A DNA stretch of 12,356 bases from an uncultured archaeon (GCA_964458565.1 CAYWJO010000069.1:1-12356); one strand, 5' to 3'. Shown: positions 1 through 8,815, counted from the first letter of the stretch. The notes: generated by a model from the letters alone, not told the origin. Made by a program: numbers and translations.

Positions 1-1869
1 GTTCTTAGTTACATTTACTTTGAAGTAAATGGATTAGATCCAATTGAGATTGCAACCTCCCGACCTGAGCTCTTATGTGCATGTGGTGCTGTTTTCGTGC
101 ATCCTGATGATGAAAGATACACATCATATAAAGGAAAAACAGCAAAGGTGCCTATCTTCGACATTGAAGTACCTATCATCGAAAGTCCAACTGCACAAAT
201 GGAGTTTGGATCTGGTGCCTTGATGGTATGCAGCTATGGTGATCAGGCTGATGTCATGGCTTTTCGTGATTTTGCATTACGCCCTATTGCAGCTGTTTCA
301 TCAGATGGCACAATGACCAATGCAGCTGGCTCCTATGCAGGAATGAGGATTGCAGACGCCAGAAAACAGATCATCGAAGATTTGAAACAATCAGGAGTTC
401 TCTTTAAACAGGAGGATTCCATTCAGAGAGTGCCAATGTGTTGGCGTAGTCGAACTCCAATTGAGTTCATTGCGATGGATGAGTACTATGTAAAACAGGT
501 CGAGTTCATTGATGAATTGCTTAGGATTGCATATGAAACAACATTCTTTCCAAATCATCACAGGCAAATATTGATTGACTGGCTCAATCGGGTAACTGTA
601 GATTGGCCAGTGAGTAGGCGCCGTTTCTATGGTACAGAAATCCCTATCTGGTATTGTAAATCCTGCAATGAAGCAGTTGTTCCAGAGCTTGGTAACGAAC
701 TTGAATATTATCAACCTTGGAAAGAAGATCCTCCATTTGACAAATGTCCAAAATGTGGGGCACGAGATGGGTTCAAGGGTGAAGATCGCACTTTCGATAC
801 TTGGATGGATTCTTCAATTTCAGGATTACAAGCAATTGGATATTTGAGGAATGACGAGTTCTTCAAGAAAGGTTTTGATACTGTAATGAGACCTCAAGGG
901 AAGGATATTGTACGAACTTGGCTCTATTATTCCCTCCTTCGAACTTATCAACTGACAGGAAAACCTGCATTCTTTGAAGTATGGGTATCCGGTCATGTGG
1001 TAGACGAAAATGGAGAGGCTATGAGTAAGTCCAAAGGTAACTCTCCACCTCCCATGCCCTTTGTTGAGCAATATGGTGCTGATGCTATGCGTCTATATGG
1101 TGCGCTCGAAGCGGGTCATGGAAGTGATATCCGTTTCTCCGAAGACAGACTCTCCGGTGTTTCGAAATTTATGACCAAACTCTGGAATATTGCTCGCTTC
1201 ATCTCGATGTTTCCTGTACCGAAGGAGATTGAGTTCAAGAAACTGACTCCTGTTGATCAATGGATCCTTACAGAAGCAAATGAGTTAGTTGAGAAAATAT
1301 TGCCCGAATGTGACATACTTGACTTCCATAAACCTGCGATTGAAATCAGGGGTTTCACATGGAATTTCTTTGCGGACCACATCGTTGAGATGCTGAAAGG
1401 AAGGTGTTTCAATAGTGAAGGTATGTTTGAGGAGGCTGAGCAGAAATCAGCATGGTATGTCCTTCATGAAGCGCTAAAAATCATCACTCGTGCATTAGCT
1501 CCGATTAGTCCATTTATAACAGACCGTATTTACCGTGAGCTGTATGATAAGAATGGTGTTCATGTACAGAGTTATCCATCAGTAAATAATGAATGGAAAT
1601 CCGCTCTCGTAGAATTTACTGACTTAGCCCTCCAGACAAACGCAGGATTCTGGAAGTTTAAACGTGAGAATGGTCTATCACTAAGGCAGGGGATTTCTGA
1701 GGCTTACATATCACCTTCTCTTGAACCATGGTCAAAGGATATCCAAGCCATGCATGCAATTGAAGCAATTAGGTTTGGTAAGCCTGAGGCTGATAACTTT
1801 GTAGAAATCAAGCTCCCAGAAATGGAGAATGAAGTGATTTACATCCTTTCCACATTAAATGAAGAGTAA
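1..1869 (+). CDS. valS: Valyl-tRNA synthetase (archaeal type), 5'-truncated by the window edge
   Basis: Frame 1 is open from base 1 (VLSYIYF...IATSRPELLCACGAVFVHPDDERY, editing-domain motif). Also DWPVSRRRFYGTEIP, FDTWMDSS, RPQGKDIVRTW (archaeal ValRS signature), KMSKS equivalent AMSKSKGN, YGADAMR, and a CxxC...CxxC zinc knuckle. Confidence 0.95.
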   Translation, partial: VLSYIYFEVNGLDPIEIATSRPELLCACGAVFVHPDDERYTSYKGKTAKVPIFDIEVPIIESPTAQMEFGSGALMVCSYGDQADVMAFRDFALRPIAAVSSDGTMTNAAGSYAGMRIADARKQIIEDLKQSGVLFKQEDSIQRVPMCWRSRTPIEFIAMDEYYVKQVEFIDELLRIAYETTFFPNHHRQILIDWLNRVTVDWPVSRRRFYGTEIPIWYCKSCNEAVVPELGNELEYYQPWKEDPPFDKCPKCGARDGFKGEDRTFDTWMDSSISGLQAIGYLRNDEFFKKGFDTVMRPQGKDIVRTWLYYSLLRTYQLTGKPAFFEVWVSGHVVDENGEAMSKSKGNSPPPMPFVEQYGADAMRLYGALEAGHGSDIRFSEDRLSGVSKFMTKLWNIARFISMFPVPKEIEFKKLTPVDQWILTEANELVEKILPECDILDFHKPAIEIRGFTWNFFADHIVEMLKGRCFNSEGMFEEAEQKSAWYVLHEALKIITRALAPISPFITDRIYRELYDKNGVHVQSYPSVNNEWKSALVEFTDLALQTNAGFWKFKRENGLSLRQGISEAYISPSLEPWSKDIQAMHAIEAIRFGKPEADNFVEIKLPEMENEVIYILSTLNEE

Positions 1870-1901
1870 GAGCTGGACTTGCCTAGACCAAGCCCACAAA
1901 A

Positions 1902-2342
1902 TTAGCTTCCCTTTACAATGACTTTATTGATATGCTCAGTTGGACTCTTCATGCTATTTGAAACAAGACAATATTTACCAGCAAGCTCTAAGGCGCGTTC
2001 CGCTTTTTCTTTGAGTTCTATGGAATCTACAGTGACCTCAGTAATAAGCAATAATTTTGTGAATTGAAATCCTTTCTCTAGTCGTTCCAGAGTTCCGTGT
2101 CCTTTGCATGAGAATGATTCGAACTCAAATCTCATCTTCTTAGTGAAAGTGATAAAGGTGGTCATTAAACATGATGTTGCGGCGGCAACAAAGAGATCTT
2201 CTGGTGAGATGATTCCCTCCGGCCCATCAAACTCCGGTGGTGCTGAAATCTGCACCTTTGGTTTTCCCTCTATAGTCAGATCTCCAACCCGTCCATGTGT
2301 CCAATCGACTTTGACAAGATACTCGTGTTGATATTCGCTCAT
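1902..2342 (-). CDS. OsmC/Ohr-family protein (two-Cys peroxidase-like)
   Basis: Motifs SAPPEFDG, SPEDLFVAAATSC and AGKYCLVSNS. Start moved to ATG 2342 (MSEYQ) because a GGTGA RBS lies 5 nt upstream. Confidence 0.88.
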   Translation of the reverse strand: MSEYQHEYLVKVDWTHGRVGDLTIEGKPKVQISAPPEFDGPEGIISPEDLFVAAATSCLMTTFITFTKKMRFEFESFSCKGHGTLERLEKGFQFTKLLLITEVTVDSIELKEKAERALELAGKYCLVSNSMKSPTEHINKVIVKGS

Positions 2343-2400
2343 TGACTTCACCACAAGCATGTTGTCAACATACCGAAAAAGGGTTTGGGTCTAGAGAGTA

Positions 2401-2832
2401 TTACTCCACAACGACTTGAGTTTCATGATTTATCGGACATTTCATGCTATTTCCTATGAAACAATACTTGGCTGCAAGTTCTAATGCCCTCTCAATCCTC
2501 TGTACAATCTCTTCTGATTCAACAATAACTCTCGCCATCATATCAATTCCAGTGATTTCAAAACTTCGACCTACCTTCTCAAGTTTACCAATAGCATCAC
2601 AATCAAATGATTTGAATTCTATCCGCATCTTCTTAGTGAATTCTATGAATCCGTTCATGTAGCAGACAGCCGCTGAAGCCACAAAGAGGTCCTCGGGTGT
2701 GTGAAAACTCGCTGATATATCCTCTTTTGGTGACCCGATTCTTATCACTACCTTGTTATCTATTGAAATCTCACCAATCTTGCCCCCTTTCCATACCAGC
2801 TTCACTGGAAAATAGATTGTTTCTTCATTCAT
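2401..2832 (-). CDS. OsmC/Ohr-family protein, tandem paralog
   Basis: TPEDLFVASAAVC and AAKYCFIGNS; shares FTKKMRxEFxSFxC with the neighbour. Likely start is ATG 2832 (MNEET). Confidence 0.85.
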   Translation of the reverse strand: MNEETIYFPVKLVWKGGKIGEISIDNKVVIRIGSPKEDISASFHTPEDLFVASAAVCYMNGFIEFTKKMRIEFKSFDCDAIGKLEKVGRSFEITGIDMMARVIVESEEIVQRIERALELAAKYCFIGNSMKCPINHETQVVVE

Positions 2833-2897
2833 TGATATCCCTAACAAAGTAATTCAATAATAATTGGAAAAACGTTTGGGCAGCTCAATAGACCCAA

Positions 2898-3671
2898 TTA
2901 GGACTTTCTTGATTTGAATACTACAAAGAACGGAATACGTCGTTCCCGATTGAAGAACTCGTTATCAGTAACTGGCAAGGGCTCTTCAAAGCCTGTAAGC
3001 ACAAAACCAGACTTAAGTAAAGCGTCGAAGTATGATGATAGTGTTCTGTGAAAGAAGCTGATGGGTTGGGGAAATTCAGTCCCATCTCGGTTTCTCCAGA
3101 AGCGTTGATACTCCTTTTGTTCAAAATAGTTGTCCACTTTGAAGAATAGACCCTCCGTTCTTTTGGTTTCGGGATTCTTCTCACCCATCACCCATTGTCC
3201 GGGGCCATAGAAATCGAATGCAGGATGTACAATGGAAAAGACAAGATGTCCTTCATCACATAGAATCCGATGGAACTCTCTCAGGGCATCGTTTAAGCAA
3301 GGAATATTTAGCAGAACAAGGTTGCACAACACAAGATCATACTCTGCATTATCAATTCCAAGCAAATCACATATGTTTCCGACCATGTAGTCCACATTGC
3401 TGCTTTCATTCTTTGTCAGTTCAATGCTCTTCTCTATCAGCTTACTAGAGATATCCACTCCTGTTACAATTGCTCCTTTTTTGGAATAATACCGGGAGAG
3501 ATACCCCTCACCACAACCTGCGTCTAAGAGTTTCTTGCCTTTTACATCACCAATTAAACGTTCAACACACGGATTCAAGATTTCTCGGTGGTGCGGTGTA
3601 CCTTGATCTGATATCAAGGCTGCAAAAGCCTGAGCATTTGCTTCCCATTGTTCCTGAATTGATTCGAACAT
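2898..3671 (-). CDS. Class I SAM-dependent methyltransferase
   Basis: Motif I LLDAGCGEG, post-I VTGVDIS, YDLVLCNLVL, and EFHRIL..GHLVFSIVHP. Confidence 0.92.
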   Translation of the reverse strand: MFESIQEQWEANAQAFAALISDQGTPHHREILNPCVERLIGDVKGKKLLDAGCGEGYLSRYYSKKGAIVTGVDISSKLIEKSIELTKNESSNVDYMVGNICDLLGIDNAEYDLVLCNLVLLNIPCLNDALREFHRILCDEGHLVFSIVHPAFDFYGPGQWVMGEKNPETKRTEGLFFKVDNYFEQKEYQRFWRNRDGTEFPQPISFFHRTLSSYFDALLKSGFVLTGFEEPLPVTDNEFFNRERRIPFFVVFKSRKS

Positions 3672-3736
3672 GTATACAAGCCGAGTATTTCCTGTTCTAA
3701 AACTTTAGCAAATGAAGAAAGAGGAAGGTAGATGAG

Positions 3737-4129
3737 CTAAATCTTATCCCAGATCTTGTGAACTCTCTTACCTGTTTCCTCAATCACAGGCTTCATAGAA
3801 CCTTCGGGGGCAAAACCAAGTTCGACTCCCATCTTCATGATGGATGAGTGTGACACAACCACTTTGCCTTCCTCCTCAGAAACTACGAAACTACATGGCA
3901 TTACTAAGGACATATCCGTCGATACATCCATTGCCATCTTTGCCAACTCTGCATTGCAGGCCAGAATGAATGTTGTACGTGGATATTCTATACCTAGCTT
4001 TTTCTTGAACATATCATGCATGCCTTTGGTCAAAAGGACTGTAAAACCACCCTCTTCAACGAGTGTTTCAACATACTTGACTGCATCCTCAAAGTCCAAG
4101 TCTAATTCTCTACGTAAAATCTCTGGCAT
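3737..4129 (-). CDS. DUF302 domain protein
   Basis: 130 aa with the GFTVL...KKKLG...ILACN..LA...MPCSFVV pattern typical of DUF302. Confidence 0.85.
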   Translation of the reverse strand: MPEILRRELDLDFEDAVKYVETLVEEGGFTVLLTKGMHDMFKKKLGIEYPRTTFILACNAELAKMAMDVSTDMSLVMPCSFVVSEEEGKVVVSHSSIMKMGVELGFAPEGSMKPVIEETGKRVHKIWDKI

Positions 4130-4181
4130 AGTTCTATTAGAGAAAACAATTGTTAATAGGCGTTAGCATCTGGCTGAAAAA

Positions 4182-4288
4182 TGGTGGACCGGGCGAGATT
4201 TGAACTCGCGACCTTCTGAAGATTCGAGACATTGGGAAATCCCACGTCATTGCGAATCAGACGATCTACCAGTCTGATCTACCGGCCC
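4182..4288 (-). tRNA. tRNA-Ala(CGC) with 30-nt intron at canonical position 37/38 and genome-encoded CCA
   Basis: Minus strand reads GGGCCGG-TA-GATC-AGACTGGTA-GATC-G-TCTGA-TTCGCA[intron]T-TCAGA-AGGTC-GCGAG-TTCAAAT-CTCGC-CCGGTCC-A-CCA. G3:U70 and A73 are Ala identity elements. Mature length is 77 nt. Confidence 0.96.
4221..4250 (-). other. tRNA intron (BHB type), 30 nt
   Basis: Central 4-bp helix TTCG/CGAA, 3-nt bulges CA^A and TC^T, intron stem GAC..GGGA/TCCC..GTC. Confidence 0.92.
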
Positions 4289-4316
4289 ATATTCAGCTGG
4301 CTTACCATATTGGAAT

Positions 4317-4324
4317 TCTTAAAA
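4317..4324 (-). promoter_or_regulatory. Probable TATA box of the tRNA-Ala gene
   Basis: TTTTAAGA on the minus strand, 29-36 nt upstream of the tRNA 5' end. Confidence 0.45.
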
Positions 4325-4358
4325 CCTTAACGAAGGGCATTTTCTTTAACTAACTCTC

Positions 4359-6965
4359 TCACTTCCCTTCTCTCTTCACCATTTCCTCTAATTTTGCCAT
4401 TCGATCTTTGAGATCCCGATTCTCTTTCTCCAGTTTTTCTACGCTCTTCTTTATCGAGTCAATCTCCTTTGGTTCTCGTTTTTTGCTCAGTGCTCTAATT
4501 GCTTCTCTTGAGTAACGTACAATTCGACCCTCGACTTCAGACTCAGCCAGCTTTGATAGTGCTGGTATCAGTGAAGGGTCTTCGTAGGCTTTCGCAGCAA
4601 GAAGCGCCGTCACCTGTACTCTGAATGAATTGTCGTTGAGGAGTTTCTCAAGATCCGACTTGATGTCAGGTCGATTTTTCTTGTATCTCTTGCCAAGTTC
4701 TGCAAGAAGTGTGGGTACCATCCTTCGAAGCTCATCTGATGTTCCAATAGTCAAGTAACTCATCAAAATATCAATAGCTTCCTCCTTTTCAGTTGCCGCA
4801 ATACCCTGTAGGTATCCCTGTTCAACAATGTGTTGCCAACTTGGTTGTACAGACTTGATGCCATCTTTCAAGACGTCAAGTGAACCATTATGCTGAATCT
4901 TCCCCATTGATGCTGCAGCAGAAGACACCACAAAATAGCTCTCTGTGTTCTTCAAGAGGGCTTTCAGCGCCTCATATGTACGGTCATTCTTATAGAACTC
5001 CCCAAGGGCACGTGCAACTGCTGTTAGTGCTTTGGTATTTTTCAAATCAATACCCTTCAAAAGCTCATCAAGAGCGGACTCATTCTTTACGGATCCTAGT
5101 GCCTTTGCTATCTCAGTCTGTACACCCCAAAAGCTCTCCTCTTTGAGTGCAAGCCCCAATGAAGCGAGTGCCTTAGGTGTGGCTTTCTTAGCGAGTGCTT
5201 GAGCTGCCTTGATACGCATGATTACATTACTACCATTGGTCAGCTGTTCAATCCACATCGGTTCGGGTTTGTCGATACTCCAGTCCATGAGGATGGTATA
5301 GTCTGGATCAATCATGACCATCTTCGGACAATCCTTCACTGGGAAGTAGAAGCTGTGATTACGTTCAGAGATTTGCATCTTGAAGGTACTTGTGGATTCA
5401 TCATTATGTACCAGACTGATCTTCAGTGGAAAACGAAACACTTCTGGAGTCATTCCATCGTCATACTTCTGTGTCTGCTCAATCTTGACCAATACCTGAC
5501 CAAGCTTTTCATCATGACTGACCTTGATTTTACTTTCTGGATAGCCAGCTTTGTACAGCCACTGTTCAAAGAACCAACCATAGTCCTCACCTGTCATCTC
5601 CGTAAAGATGCTCTCAAGGTCATGGGTATAAACTGATTTGAACGTGTGACGTTTGAGATACTCTGCAATGATTTTCCAGTATTTCTCCTCTCCCACAAGT
5701 TGCATCAGCATATAGTAACGCCAGGCACCACCTGGATAGAGTGTGCGATCGAATACATCCCCTCCACGCTCCCACTCATTCTGCACAACAGGGCGTCTAT
5801 ACTTGTTTTTGTCCTCGTCGAAGTATGACATTTGCTTCTGATATTGCTCGTAGAGATATTCATCGTAGCCCTTGTCGTGACGTTTCCACTCATTCTGGAA
5901 TTGAGTTGCAGCACCCTCATTCAGCCACCCATGAGACCATGTCCTGCATGTAACGAGGTCCCCAAACCACTGATGCACAAGCTCGTGACTCACAAGACCA
6001 TCTGAGTCAAAGTCCAAGTGTGCCTTTTCATCATGAAATGTTGCATCAGTTTGGGTTGTAGCACTGACATTCTCCATTCCACCAAAGATGAAATTGGCTG
6101 CAGTTACTTGAGCATACTTCACCCAGGGATACTTAACTCCAAACCTGGACTCATAGAATTTGATCATCTCGGGAGTCTTTCCATATGAACGATATATCGT
6201 GTCTTTGTCCCATTTCTTGTGCGCATAAAAACTGACCTCAAGTCCATCCAGGTCCTCCTTGTATTCCACAGCCTCACTGACCCATACTGTCATCAAATAT
6301 GCAGGGATTGGCAGTTCCTGTACCCAGTGAAAAGTTTCCGTACCATCATCATTTTTCTCTCTCTCTCTCAGTTCGCCATTACTCATAGCAAAGAATCCTT
6401 GAGGAACTGTGATGATGGCATCCAAAGGGAACTTATGACTTGGATTATCATAAACTGGAACAATATATCTTGCGTAATCATCTTGCAGCTGTGTCCATGC
6501 ACTGCTTTCTACGTCAGGAAATTCGGGTGATGGATTTGTGAAAAACAGACCGCCACGTGGCTTATTGATTTGGTAGGTAAACGTAAGTTCCACAATATCC
6601 TCTTCTTTTAATGGGGTAATTAGATAGATAGTCATGGACTCATCATCGGGTTGCATGTCAAAGGTAACCTCCTCATCACCCGCCTTGACCGACGATATGG
6701 TCAGTTCAGCAGCATGGAGATAGATTGTGGAAACCTCAGATACAATCGACTTAATCCTTAACTTTGAGATTGCATCGACACGCTCTCCTTTGAGATCCAT
6801 TTTCCACTCAAATGTAAGATGTTCTATAGAATACTCCCGTGGCGGTGCCCATTGGGGCTTAGCAGTAGGAAACGTAAACTGCTCCCTATCAGTCAATAGA
6901 ATACTCTCAGCTTCATGAGTATCTCCTCGTATTAATGCTTCTAGATAATCGTGAAAATCAGTCAT
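4359..6965 (-). CDS. M1-family zinc aminopeptidase (PepN-like) with C-terminal HEAT repeats and coiled-coil tail
   Basis: GGMEN exopeptidase motif and HELVHQWFG...WLNEG (HEXXH-X18-E). C-terminal xRxxAAxAL-type HEAT repeats and a charged heptad tail (LEKENRDLKDRMAKLEE). Confidence 0.93.
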   Translation of the reverse strand: MTDFHDYLEALIRGDTHEAESILLTDREQFTFPTAKPQWAPPREYSIEHLTFEWKMDLKGERVDAISKLRIKSIVSEVSTIYLHAAELTISSVKAGDEEVTFDMQPDDESMTIYLITPLKEEDIVELTFTYQINKPRGGLFFTNPSPEFPDVESSAWTQLQDDYARYIVPVYDNPSHKFPLDAIITVPQGFFAMSNGELREREKNDDGTETFHWVQELPIPAYLMTVWVSEAVEYKEDLDGLEVSFYAHKKWDKDTIYRSYGKTPEMIKFYESRFGVKYPWVKYAQVTAANFIFGGMENVSATTQTDATFHDEKAHLDFDSDGLVSHELVHQWFGDLVTCRTWSHGWLNEGAATQFQNEWKRHDKGYDEYLYEQYQKQMSYFDEDKNKYRRPVVQNEWERGGDVFDRTLYPGGAWRYYMLMQLVGEEKYWKIIAEYLKRHTFKSVYTHDLESIFTEMTGEDYGWFFEQWLYKAGYPESKIKVSHDEKLGQVLVKIEQTQKYDDGMTPEVFRFPLKISLVHNDESTSTFKMQISERNHSFYFPVKDCPKMVMIDPDYTILMDWSIDKPEPMWIEQLTNGSNVIMRIKAAQALAKKATPKALASLGLALKEESFWGVQTEIAKALGSVKNESALDELLKGIDLKNTKALTAVARALGEFYKNDRTYEALKALLKNTESYFVVSSAAASMGKIQHNGSLDVLKDGIKSVQPSWQHIVEQGYLQGIAATEKEEAIDILMSYLTIGTSDELRRMVPTLLAELGKRYKKNRPDIKSDLEKLLNDNSFRVQVTALLAAKAYEDPSLIPALSKLAESEVEGRIVRYSREAIRALSKKREPKEIDSIKKSVEKLEKENRDLKDRMAKLEEMVKREGK

Positions 6966-7077
6966 GGTCAGACCCCCATCACCTGTTGTATTACCGGTGA
7001 GGTATAAGTGTGAATGATTGTTAGACCCCGGTTAGTGATTAAGAATGTTCGTAAATAGACCTGCCAGAGACTACTAC

Positions 7078-7371
7078 CTAAATTTCTATTCCAAACGCTT
7101 CTGAAAATCTCTCAATTCTGACAAATTCAACTAGAAAATCACGTCCCTTTTCAGTTAGAGAGTAGATTCTAGCTTCCCCACCTTGATCTTTTTCAATTAC
7201 GAGTTCCTTTTCTACCAATTCCTCAAGATATTGAGTTAGTCGATCATGTGAAAGATTGGCTGCATAGAGCACCTTTGTTGGACCCGCACCTTCTTCGCCC
7301 TCTCCTTGAATAGCGCGCATCATATCCACTAGGATGCGCATCTTGGAGCGGTAAGGACGTTTCCGGTTCAT
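7078..7371 (-). CDS. Small archaeal winged helix-turn-helix transcription regulator
   Basis: RSKMRIL..., PTKVLYAANLS....YLEEL...LV and YSLTEKG pattern typical of archaeal wHTH regulators; 97 aa. Confidence 0.88.
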   Translation of the reverse strand: MNRKRPYRSKMRILVDMMRAIQGEGEEGAGPTKVLYAANLSHDRLTQYLEELVEKELVIEKDQGGEARIYSLTEKGRDFLVEFVRIERFSEAFGIEI

Positions 7372-7373
7372 GA

Positions 7374-7994
7374 CTATCTTCCAGCCTTTATCAGCATGAC
7401 AAGTAATGCGATTAAGCCTAGGAATTGAGACAACTGACTTAGTATATACCCTCTATATTCATTGAATGAAAATATCAGGAAAATATGACTCAATAATAGG
7501 AACAGGAAACCAATCACAACATAGAGTGCGAAACGACTTCTATTTGATGCATAGTTAATTAGTGCTTGCAAAACCACAACAAGGAGCACAATAATGGCAA
7601 TCATTTCGAGATTGGGGTCAATCAATCCCGGAAGAGCTAATAGCATCAGGGGTGCATTATTTTCGTATTCCCTTACTCCTCTTCTCGTTGAGAGAGCAAA
7701 TAGTGCATAAGCCATTATTCTGAGTGCTTCATATGCGATAATGACTATGTTTCGCAAACTCAATGCTTCTCCTGATCCACTAGCATCTGCAAGTACGAAG
7801 AAGTATATGGTTCCTATAACCCGTCCAAACATGCTAACAGAAAGCACTAGGAATCCCGTGGAGAGGTCCGAAAGCCGCTTTTCCCTAGTCAGCTTGTATG
7901 CAGTATTTGCATAGTGCGAAATGGCAAATGCGATAATCGCTCCGATTGTTTCAAGGATAAGGTCTATCCTTATGAGCATGATTTCTGTCTGCAT
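7374..7994 (-). CDS. Polytopic membrane protein (6-7 TM) with internal 3-TM duplication
   Basis: Six clear hydrophobic helices plus a short central one. The halves align (LETIGAII...Y..TR.KR....STGFLVLSVS vs LEMIAIIV...Y.SNRSR....VIGFLFLLLS). It ends 2 nt before the wHTH start. Confidence 0.8.
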   Translation of the reverse strand: MQTEIMLIRIDLILETIGAIIAFAISHYANTAYKLTREKRLSDLSTGFLVLSVSMFGRVIGTIYFFVLADASGSGEALSLRNIVIIAYEALRIMAYALFALSTRRGVREYENNAPLMLLALPGLIDPNLEMIAIIVLLVVVLQALINYASNRSRFALYVVIGFLFLLLSHIFLIFSFNEYRGYILSQLSQFLGLIALLVMLIKAGR

Positions 7995-8040
7995 GGTTGG
8001 CGCCTATCCTAGACTTGAATTTCACACACTTATTGTCAAT

Positions 8041-8121
8041 GGATGAATCATCCTTTATCAAAATTCGTAGTATTCTGTTGTATATTTCCGCGGAGAATTC
8101 TACTAGACGAATCATCTAGTA
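8041..8121. promoter_or_regulatory. Two palindromic operator-like sites, core GA(T/C)GAATCATC
   Basis: GGATGA-A-TCATCC (8041-8053, perfect) and TACTAGACGA-A-TCATCTAGTA (8101-8121, one mismatched pair) in a divergent intergenic region. Confidence 0.65.
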
Positions 8122-8138
8122 CAATCCTTCATTCTGCC

Positions 8139-8147
8139 TTTATATAA
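8139..8147 (+). promoter_or_regulatory. TATA box for the 8175 gene (likely near-leaderless transcript)
   Basis: TTTATATAA 28-36 nt upstream of the ATG. Confidence 0.7.
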
Positions 8148-8174
8148 GATTGACAATACTAATATTGAGTCAAA

Positions 8175-8720
8175 ATGCAGCACGCTAGAAAAATAACTCT
8201 CATTGCGATTGCTACGGTACTAATTGGATTGGTCACAGTACCTGCCTTTATGACCCCCGTAGATGCAGCGTCAATTTTGGAATCTGAGGTTAGAGCTCAG
8301 GTTGCTATTGGAGACTCCTTCTACATTGACGCACGTGGTGAGATATTCATTCTGAATGAAGATATGGAATCACGAGCCCTCACGAAGATGCATTTCGAAT
8401 TCACGATTGTACGAAATGGATCGAGAGGTGTGATGTTTGAAGTAAATTCAGGATATATGGTAGTAAATAACACCAGATATACCGTGGTAGATGGTATTGG
8501 ATTTGCAGGTCGACCCTCTCAAGGCCGATTCAATAGCACTATAGTCTTCGGGTTTAGGATGAATCTGACAGATGGTCTTGGAACTGAGATACAACTCAGT
8601 TTTCTTGGTGCTGTCTATCGCAATGCGAATGAACGTCCAGTCCTAATCATGCGTGGTAATCTGATACTTAATGGATTGGAGTACAACTTGCTTCAGCGTG
8701 GACTCATTCGACGAATGTAA
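8175..8720 (+). CDS. Secreted/exported hypothetical protein, beta-rich
   Basis: Basic N-terminus, hydrophobic core and VDA/A cleavage-like site; consensus TATA upstream. No family recognised. Confidence 0.75.
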   Translation: MQHARKITLIAIATVLIGLVTVPAFMTPVDAASILESEVRAQVAIGDSFYIDARGEIFILNEDMESRALTKMHFEFTIVRNGSRGVMFEVNSGYMVVNNTRYTVVDGIGFAGRPSQGRFNSTIVFGFRMNLTDGLGTEIQLSFLGAVYRNANERPVLIMRGNLILNGLEYNLLQRGLIRRM

Positions 8721-8724
8721 TTCA

Positions 8725-8815
8725 TGGTGGAAGAAACCAACTGCTGCGGGCGGATGTTAGACCACTGTCAATAATCTGCCAATGAATGGCGGGTAACACT
8801 CCCGCCCTTCCATCA
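8725..8815 (+). ncRNA. Candidate structured RNA (three-way junction), unknown family
   Basis: P1 8725-8733/8807-8815, P2 8749-8780, P3 8788-8793/8801-8806. G-U pairs favour the + strand. Followed by CCTCTTTT. Confidence 0.45.

Noticed and set aside
1015-1041. AMSKS instead of KMSKS in ValRS
   Set aside because: The first position varies among class I synthetases and the catalytic second lysine is intact.
1882-2394. Imperfect inverted repeat CTAGACC(C)AA.CCC flanking the first OsmC gene
   Set aside because: Short and gapped, overlaps the promoter motif, and there is no target-site duplication or transposase.
6356-6369. (CT)n microsatellite
   Set aside because: Encodes LRERE in-frame within the aminopeptidase; no frameshift.
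391-6918. Numerous 60-145 aa alternative-frame and antisense ORFs
   Set aside because: Shadows of well-supported genes on the other strand or frame.
8705-8717. Perfect palindrome CATTCG-A-CGAATG
   Set aside because: Lies inside the last codons of a CDS, single copy, and different from the operator core.
8725-8811. Minus strand reads GGAAGGG...TTCTTCC-ACCA, like a tRNA acceptor stem (tRNA-Sec or tRNA-like)
   Set aside because: No T-arm (TTCRA), D-arm or anticodon arm, and the internal stems have A-C mismatches on this strand.
8725-8815. Hammerhead ribozyme, SECIS or fluoride riboswitch
   Set aside because: Lacks the CUGANGA/GAAA core and the AUGA/GA quartet; the upstream gene has no in-frame TGA; no fluoride riboswitch consensus.
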